A stretch of DNA of 64,000 bases, taken from positions 26,536,001 through 26,600,000 of the forward strand of contig CM022671.1 of the NCBI GenBank assembly GCA_012295275.1. Direction: 5' to 3'. The translations under genes were made by a program, and so were the position numbers. The stretch's first letter is position 1. Every line of letters starts with the position of its first letter. This document shows, one piece after another, positions 54,907 through 64,000 of this stretch. A model generated the notes under the pieces. It made no database searches and was not told the origin of the DNA. It worked only from the letters and a program-made list of their open reading frames with translations. This stretch comes from Chrysomallon squamiferum. Taxonomy: Eukaryota > Animalia > Mollusca.

Positions 54907-57412
54907 GTAAGTATTAATATCTGTATAACTCTTGCTTTGTGGTTGTCATTTGTTTTGTTTTTGTTTTTTGTTTTATCGTTTGTGTGTGTATCTCTGCCAG
55001 CATGCAGCAATAGATTCTATTAGAAATTCAGTTATTTGACAGTTTATTTATGGCAGTTTGGAATATTTTTGTACAATTTTTTATTTCACCAATAACATAC
55101 ACATCACAGAAGAAAAAGAAAAAAAAAAATAACTGGAATAATCAAATAAACAATAACAAACAAAATTTGTTTTAGGTGACAAATGAAGAAGAAAAAATGT
55201 CACCAGCACTTTACTGAAACCCATACATTTAACTGTTCCATGAATCTGTATAAGATTTTTTTTTTTTTTTTTTTTTTTCAAAACCTTGATAGAGAGTGAA
55301 AATTCAATGTATATTTAAAAGAGGTGGTGAAGCTTGTAAGTGATCTGACATAGCTTTGTGTTAGCAACAGTAATTTAGCTATGACAGCTCTCTGCAGGGG
55401 TAGATATGTGTAATTGTGCTGTACAGAAACACACCAACAACACAAAGAGTGTGACAAAGCCAAACCTATAACTGTATCAGAATTTTATCATGTGTGAAAT
55501 CTGTATTGGCCGTAAAACCCTCGCTTCCATTTTCCTTGTCTGTCTGTCTATAATGGGAGCCGATAGTAATCCAGGTTATTGGCTGGTTTAAAAACTGATA
55601 ATTATTATTTTTATTATTTTTTGAAACTATATGTTTGTGTCACGTTATTTAGATAAATGTAAAAAAATCTTATTTATGTTTTTCTTTGTTTAGTCTGAGA
55701 TTGTTTGTTATTTAGGTGTTCTTTTTTAAAAATTAATTTATTATTATTATTAATTAATTAATTATTTAATTAATTTATTTATTTTTATTTTTATTTTTAT
55801 TTTTTAAATATATTTGGAGGGGTCTTACAAAAAAAAAAAAAAAAATCACTGTTTCATCTGAACTGTAAAATATTTGACTGTAAGCCAAAACTAATTTTGT
55901 ATGATTGGGTTTCCTATTTTTTATATTTTAAACATGCATTTGTTTTGTATTTATTTATTTGTCACACTTTTGTTTTATTGAGTGTTTTCTGTTAATTGAT
56001 TATGTTATTTACTTCAATTAACACTGATTTTTTAACTTTATATATTCATTGTAATTTAGAATACTAAATATCAAATTAAAATAAGAAAAAAAAAAAAGAA
56101 ATTAAAAATTAAAGTTATAGTAACTTAAAATTTAATCTAGAATAGATAAATGTTAAGGATTTTAAAAAATAATAATAATAAAAATAATAAAGATAATAAT
56201 AACAATAATGATACAAATAAAAACATGTAATCTGTCATGTTACAGATATCAATAACAAACCAATTAAAAACATTGTGACAAGTGACCAATTAAAATCAGT
56301 TTGACAGCTGACTCTAGGGGATACATCTGTTTTGTGTTTCAACCTGTAGAGTCACCAGTGTGAGGTTTTATTGAAAAAGCCACTGGGTGCATACTGACAT
56401 TGACTTGGGTATTGAAAATCACTCGGCTGTGACAGAAGAAGAATTGAGCTTTCGTCTGCATCTAATCCTGGCACAATAATCAGTAGTTTGACAGTGGAGA
56501 CTGGTTTCTTCTCCTACCCGTCAATACTGGGTTGAATTAAAGTGGATAAAAGAGGCTCTATTTGGGTGTCATTAATATTAACATAGCATTTTTTTTTAAA
56601 TATATTTCTTTGGAAAGAAATGGGAGAATGTGATTTTAAAAAAAATATAATATATCTGGTTTTGACAAAATTTTAACTTAAGTGTAAGGGCATGCAGTCA
56701 GTTTGATGTGTTTTATTTATTTTATTTTATGATTTTTGTTATCTTATTTTAGTTTTTGGATATTATTTTTTTTTGTTTTTGTTTTTAAAGAAGTGTTGGC
56801 TGTTATTTTTATATGTTTTAGAAGCTGAGTCCTAATTAATCCATTTTTTTTAAATAATAAATTTAGTAGATTCTGTTTGTTACAGTTTTTAAACATTACT
56901 ATCATTACGCTAATAAGTCCTTTTTTTATTGCTCATGTCAACAGCGAATCAATTGATAGAAATATTTCTTAATTTTAATTGAAAATTCCACATTTTTTTG
57001 GTAACCCACACAAAGTAAAGCAAATAAAAGAAAGTGAGAATTACTGTTTTATTTTTTGACATAACAATGGTGTTATACATCTAACAGTTTTGAGTTTCTG
57101 ACACAAGTAATTAGTTTACCTACAGTATTGGTTCTGCTAATGCTTTTACTTACTTCCAATGTCATTTACCTTCACTTACCTCATTCCATGTGGGACTGGT
57201 AATACAGCTTTTACACTTCATAATGTGTTTTTTTTCTTCAGTTCATTTTGTACTGACTTAGTACTGACAACTAACAATAGCCCAGCTCAAAGCTGGTCTC
57301 CATCAACAATATGTTTTTACTTCATTACAGTTTGCTTAAGCAGATGGATTTTTCAGCCATCTTGAAATACTGCAGATCTTTTTTCTTTTCTTTTCTGTTT
57401 TTTTAAATATTT

Positions 57413-57444
<32 letters not shown>

Positions 57445-59988
57445 TTTACATTTTTCTCTTTTCTTTTTAATTTTTTTTTTATTGTTAATACCTTTTTAAT
57501 ACTTCTTTATTATCCTGTTTTCTTCTTTTTTCTTTTTTTTTTTTTTTTTTTAATTGTTATTTTTTTTAAATTTATATTTTTTTTCTCTTTTCTTTACTTG
57601 CTCACACTTTTTCCCTGTTTTCTTTTCATAACATTTTTTCTCTCTCTCTCTCTCTCCTTCCTTTTCCCCATCATCGAGTATACATCACTCGATAATGTGA
57701 ATATTTTGTGTTTGGGAAATAGGTTGAGATGCATGGCTCATTAAGAACACACAATCTTTAAAATGTTTAATAATTTCTCCCCTCACCGTATGTGCTGGGA
57801 ACATTTTATATTCTTTACCTGATACATAAATGTTTTAGCCATATTAACTCGTCTTATTATAAATATAATACTGCTGTGAAAATATTTTCTTTTCCGAGCA
57901 TGTTTCGGGAGTAATGCGTTCTGCCCAGTGATGGGACTTCAAGATGTATAGGTTTGTTTGTTTTGTTCACACTGCTGAAACCATGCAGGGCTGTAGCCAA
58001 TCTGAACTGGTTCTTGGTGATAGAGTTTCTAAGAAAGAAATCAAAACAAAAAGAAGTTTAAAAAAAAAAAAAAAAAAAAGAACCCTGATATTTTGATGAT
58101 AACGTGTGATTTTTTTTTAAAAATAATTTTCTTGTGGGATGTCTTTCTTACTAAGATTTTTTTGAAGTTACTGTAAAAATGGATTTTTCAAAGTGTTTTA
58201 AAAAGAAAAAGAAAATTGATAAAATAGTTTTGTAATAGAATTTTTAAAGCTGGGCATTTTCTTGACATGCACAAACAATTCATATTAAAAAAAAATTTAA
58301 AACATTTAAATCAAGTCCTGAAATACAAAAATAAAGTTTTATGCTATTGGTTTGTACCCTATTTATAATTTTTATTGAAGTTTATTTTATTTGTTCATTT
58401 TCTTTGCATTCTTCTTTCTTCATTTTTGTTTTTTTTTTTTTTTTTTTGATATGAAAACTAAACAATAAAAATTAATTTTAAACTGAAAGAAGCATTTTAC
58501 AATTCTTGGTGGCTTCAACAGGTTTCTATATTTTTATTTGGTTTATTTCTTTCAGTAAGTTCCCATTATAAAAGAATCAGATTTCATGCATTTAATTATT
58601 TTCTTTTTCTTTCTTTCTTTCATTTTCTTTTTTCTTTTGTTATCTTTTTTCTTTCTTTTATCTTTTTTTTTTTTTTTGTCAGTGCAGAAATATAGTTCAG
58701 AAATTGATATAAATTGCAAATTTTGACAAAAAGATTTCAATTTTGGTGTCTTTGGTACAGTTTAAAATAGAACCTGAAATTACACATGGCGTGCACATTA
58801 TTTAGATAAATCTAAAAGTAGTAAAAAAAAAAGAAAAGAAAACTGAATCCTCAACCAGAAGGTCACTCTACAACTGTTAGGATATGCAGATGTCAGTGGA
58901 AGCCATGATATGCTTGTGAAAATACACACAGGGTGACACCAACCTCCCGATGTTTATGTGCAGTGCCTCCAAACACCAGTGAAATACACACTACTTTGTC
59001 ATGGGAAATTGTAATCCCATAAATATGGTCATTGTTAACATTCGATATGCTTTTATTGTTGACAGTGTAAAATGTAATTTCTGAATCTTTATGGCTCTTG
59101 TTCAGTATTTTTTTTTTTTTTTCATTTTTTAAATCATGTAAATTAATTTTGTAATGAAGAAAAGAGTTTAGATTTTTTTTTTTTTTTTTTATTATTTTGT
59201 TCTGAATTTTTTTTTTTTTTTTAAATTTTTTTTCAACCTTGTAACTAAATTGCTGGAGAACGGATTTATATACAGATAATAAAATGCACTTGTTTAGATT
59301 ATCTGAGGTTTTCTAGAGTTAGAGATAAACTGGAGGCTAAAAGCTGAATAGTCTCTAACAAAAATCCTGATTAGATGTTCTTTTGTTGCAAACAGAAGGA
59401 GTGTTTTTCTTATAGATAGTTACATACAACAAAGACATATTTGTGACGAGTTCAAAATACACATAAAGTAATGTTTTTTAATAATTTTTTCTATAAATAT
59501 AATCTTCAAAATGATAAAAAGTCTCAACAAAGAAAGAAAAAGAAAAGGAAAAAAATAGAAGAAATTATTGATCTGAAAGTTGACACGTGTGTGGAATCAA
59601 AAAAAAAAAAAGAAAAAAAGTTTTATTTTAACAAAAGAAAACAAATTAATTGGCATTGTCTTTTATTGTTAAAATAATTGCAAATATTTAAGTAGTTGTA
59701 ATGAAAAAATAGCATAAATTAATAGTAAATAAATAAATTCAAATAAAAACAATAAAATGATAGTAATACGTTTTAAAATTATATAAAAAAACAAACAAAT
59801 AACCACATATAGGTTTTGATTATACAGATGTGTGTGCATGTATAACATGAATAATTAATCTTAAATGTGTGTATGTATGTATGCACACACTAAACATTTT
59901 TGTGTAATTTTTCACTTGTTTATACTGTTATATAAGAGAAACGTTTATGGAAAATGAAATAATTTACAATATTATTTTCTCTTTTCAG

Positions 59989-60060
59989 GTCTTTGGCTCA
60001 CAACAAAATACACCATATTGAACCAGAAGGTTTAAGCTTCTGTAAACGCCTGCACAAAAT
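59989..60060 (+). CDS. LRIG: LRIG exon 9 (72 nt, one LRR); gene continues past the window end
   Basis: cttttcAG|g; SLAHNKIHHIEPEGLSFCKRLHK(I/M); at|GTAAGT. No stop codon; the remaining LRRs, Ig domains and TM segment are not in this window. Confidence 0.92.
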
Positions 60061-63000
60061 GTAAGTTGATCTTTATTTCTTCTTTTAAATTTATTTATCT
60101 TATGCTTTATTTATTTGTGGGTTTTTTATTTTTTATTTTTTTGTTATTTACATTTTATTTATTATTTTGGGTAGTGGTTGTGAATTATTTTTATTGCTTT
60201 TGTAATAAAATTAAATGTTATGCTTTGGAGTTTTATGTTAAGATAAATCATTTGCTTGTGCATTATTTAATGGTTTTTGGATTGTTGTTTCTTCTTTTTC
60301 TTTCTTTTAAAAAAAAAAAAATTTGAATTCTATGTTCTTTTATATACATAATTCTTTTATTTCTTTATTTATGCATTATTCCAGTTTCATGGTATAAAAA
60401 AAAAAAAAAAAAAAAAAACATCATTTTATTTCTTTTTTCCTTTCTTGTTCACGTTTATTCATTTATTTTTATCACCTTGTTAATGACTTACTTATCTTAT
60501 TTATTTATTTATTTATTTATTACTACTGTTACTACTGCAATATATTACTACTATGATTACTACTAGTATGATCAATTATTATTATTATTTTATTTTATTT
60601 GTTACTTATTATTATTATTATTATTATTATTATTTTTGTTTGGGTCCATGAAATATTTGTCCACATTTATTAATGTATTCATTCATTCAGTTCAGCAATT
60701 AATCACTAATTCATGATGAACTTAGCCTTGTTCTGTTGCTATTGTTATCTGTTCTGATAAACATATAATTAAGTGTTTGGCTGCTGAACATCATATACGA
60801 CTGTCACACTTCACCGATTGTCACCCTGCATCACATCTCTGACCATGCGTGTCAAACTCAACATCTCAAAAAAATATAAATAAAAATAAAATCCAACATA
60901 TTTCCAAAACAGCATTTGGGATAATGGGCCATTTACTTCACTCTTTGTGCCCCTCTCAATCAGGGAAATAAATTTAAAAGTTCTACATAACTCAGATGTT
61001 TGTACGGAATTCATTTTTAATATATCTGCCCTTAAGCAGTAATTTTTTTTTTCAATCTTGTTTTTTCAGTGGAGTTTTTGTGTGTACAGGATAGATGTGA
61101 AACCTTTTTTTTTTTTAACCTTTTTTTTATTTTTATTCTTCCCTTCTCTTTCTGCAATGAATCTAAATAAAAAAATCTCTTGGTCACATCTGCTTTGAGC
61201 AACCGAACGGCTGATTGAATGCCGGCCTCTCTTGGCTTATAGCTAAGATTTTCTTTAGAAGGAAAAGCAACAATTGTCTGTTTTGGTCTGCTTCATCGCC
61301 CTTCTATTGCTGTCTTTGTGCTGAGGCGCCAATTGTGAGTCAGGCTAGTGTCAAAAGCAGTGGATAATTCAATTGAAAAGCCAAAAAAAAAAAAAAAAGA
61401 AATATAAAATATAAAGCAAAAAGAAAAAGAAAAAAGAGGAAGAAAGCAAACAAAAACTTAAAACATGGTTGCCAGTAGTAAAAGCTACAAAACATTTGAG
61501 ACGTTATTGATGTTGCTCATTCATTCTCTTATATCTGCCCATATGAATGTTTATTACTGACAGCTTTTTCTTAAGAAAAAATTATTTTGCTCTCTTTCTA
61601 TTTTTTCTTCTTCTTCATTTGCCTTTCCCATAATGCACTGGTCCAGCTGCAGGATGTAGTAAACACTTAAAAACCTGATTGGCCAAACAGTGGCTGTTAA
61701 AAGAAAATTTCATCCAAGTGGAACTTCGACCTTGTAATTTTCCAATAGTTTGTTTTCCTTCATACCTCATGGATTACTTCACTTCAGTTCTTCAAAAGCA
61801 ATGAAAAATGATAATTATATATACAATATAGGTAAACACTTAATTTAATTAGAAATCTACACACCATAAACATTACATTAAAAAATAATAATAACAAAAT
61901 TTACGTGAGCTGCTATGACTGTTTTGAACAAAATACATTTCTTTTCCTCCACCTTTAAAATGAAAAAGGGGAAGTAATTTTTCTCTCACTCTCTCTCTCA
62001 GGTTATAGCACGAATAGACACAATTCTGAACAAGTGGACTGAACATCTTTTCTGAATATAATTTTTAACTATTTTATTACTGTCAGTATTTTTACACTTC
62101 TTCAAATTATCCAAGTTATTGGTAGAACATCTACACAATCACATGATAGTCATTCACATTAGGGTAAATGAGATGATCATTTAGAAAGAATCCTGTTGAT
62201 GAATCATGTGGAAAGAATGAAATGAATGTGTCTTTTAGAATCATTTAGAAACCAGGCAACTGGATCTTCTAGAAAGCATCCAGTTGATGGATGATCTGCA
62301 GTGAGTTAGTTTCTGTGGATTATCTGGTACCGAGTCTAACTTGGAAAACAAATTGTTGATATGTAGCAGGAAAATGGAATTCACTGTCTGAATTAAGTAT
62401 GCTTGAGAAAGTTGGACCTGCTCTGACTTCAGTTTGCTTTATGTGAATTCTTCAACATTTTGAAGTCACATCAGGTTGCGCCACAGCTGTTTGAAATGTA
62501 ACAGATGGAGTGGAGGATGTTAAAACAACTTTGAAACGACTACCACATTGCTTTATCATCCCCTGTCTGATGTAAAAGGAGAAAGGGTTAATTTCCAGAT
62601 GATGTCTGATTAATTTTTTGGGGTAAAATCCTTCAACAAATCTTGATACGGTAACTGATAACTAGATGGAGTTAGCATACCTCGCTCATATTTTTTTTGC
62701 CCCCTTCCATATCAGCCTTCTTGCTTTCCATGTTTTAGTTCTGGTTTGAAAGGTGAAAGGGTTAATCTCCAAAATAAAAATCTGTTTTGATTGTATTTCC
62801 TCAAGGAAACTGATTTAGTAACTCTGCTTCTGGCTTCTTTTTTTTTTTTTTTTTTTTTCTAACCAAATGATAAATAAAATAAAAAATGAATCTTTCCACT
62901 CTGGCAATATGATCATGCAGCAGATCCCCAAAAAGCTTCCATGTTTATTTGTGTTCGTGGCCAACTGGCACTTTCAAAGGTAGCTCGCCATGTGTGAGCT

Positions 63001-64000
63001 ATCTGAGTGTGTGTAGCAGCAGTGCTGAGGAATGTTATTGGCAGGCCGAAATGTGCGCCCGCTTGTCAGCGCCTTAGCCCCACCAGCTGCATGTAATCTT
63101 CTTCAAAGTTGAGCTTCGCACCTGAATCTGTTAAATTGGCCGCCATTTTGTCTGGCTTCTGGCAGCAGGCCCACTGCACAGTGGGGCTACTAATTAACAA
63201 TGCAGATTGGTACTCAAGTGTGTCTGAGCACTCGCTTCTTTTATAACGTGTGTGGTGTGGTTTTAAAAATGTTCTTTGATTGTTTTGGGGTTTTTGTTGT
63301 TGTAATTATTAGTTTGACAGATTTCTGTTTTGTTGACTAAATTTCTTTTTTTTTGTTTGTTTAGTTCTGTGTGTTTGCATGTATGTGTGTGCATGTGTAC
63401 TTTGTATGTATATATATATATATATATATATGTGTCTGGGAGTGTATGTAATTCTATGATTTCTACACCAGTTTATGCAGTTGGATAGATGTATTTGTAT
63501 GCAATATTTTTAAGTTCAGAAAATTAATATAAGATTCAATATTAATAGCAAGACATTTTTCTTAATAATTTGTCACGCACTATCAAAATGTCATTATCAC
63601 ACAAAATAAAATAACTGTTCCATGAGACCTTTTCGACTGTTTCCTTCGCATTTTTCCTTTTTTATAAATGTTATGTCATGCGAGGGTTATGGGTACCAAT
63701 TCAGGCAACTCTTGTATATGTTTATTTCAAAGGGTTTGTTGTGAAGAGTATGTTGAAGTTTCCTTTGGAGATGAATCGGTGATTGTGAAGATTTTCTAAA
63801 GATTCGGGTCAGCTTTGTGGGCTGTTTGGTAACAGTCGTGGTGTCTGCCTCGGATTTCTAGTGGCCTAAACAATGCAGCATTCGAATCCACCGTAATTAC
63901 TGTGTGCGAGTGCTCCGTGCGGTTCAGGTCAATTTGATGATGTTTTGTATTAAAATATTGCTGGATATTGTTACATTGTCTGCAGCTCTTATTTACCCCT

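Noticed and set aside
57894-57909. p53/p63-type site (GAGCATGTTT)
   Set aside because: Single half-site only, expected by chance.
61981-62060. Strong-looking acceptor (ctctctctcAG|gttatag) as LRIG exon 10
   Set aside because: The required phase-2 frame hits TAG immediately, and no LRR motif appears in other frames.

Overview
AT-rich animal (invertebrate, probably lophotrochozoan/mollusc-like; inferred from composition only) genomic DNA. About 30.5 kb of apparently non-coding, microsatellite-rich but CpG-retaining sequence precedes the 5' part of one spliced + strand gene encoding an LRIG-family protein (leucine-rich repeats and Ig-like domains; LRIG1/2/3, Drosophila Lambik). I traced 9 coding exons (30571-60060; 974 nt; signal peptide, LRRNT, 11 LRRs). 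Every intron is phase 2 with a GTAAG donor, and the gene continues beyond the window. Almost all listed ORFs are microsatellite or low-complexity artefacts. I see no clearly novel biological system. The best leads are: an apparently extra or duplicated LRR exon (exons 2 and 3); a sharp CpG-rich to CpG-poor switch just inside the gene, with a CpG-retaining intronic island carrying an RFX X-box; two diverged copies of a tRNA-like SINE; dense E-box usage; two candidate uORFs; and a G-quadruplex-type repeat upstream.
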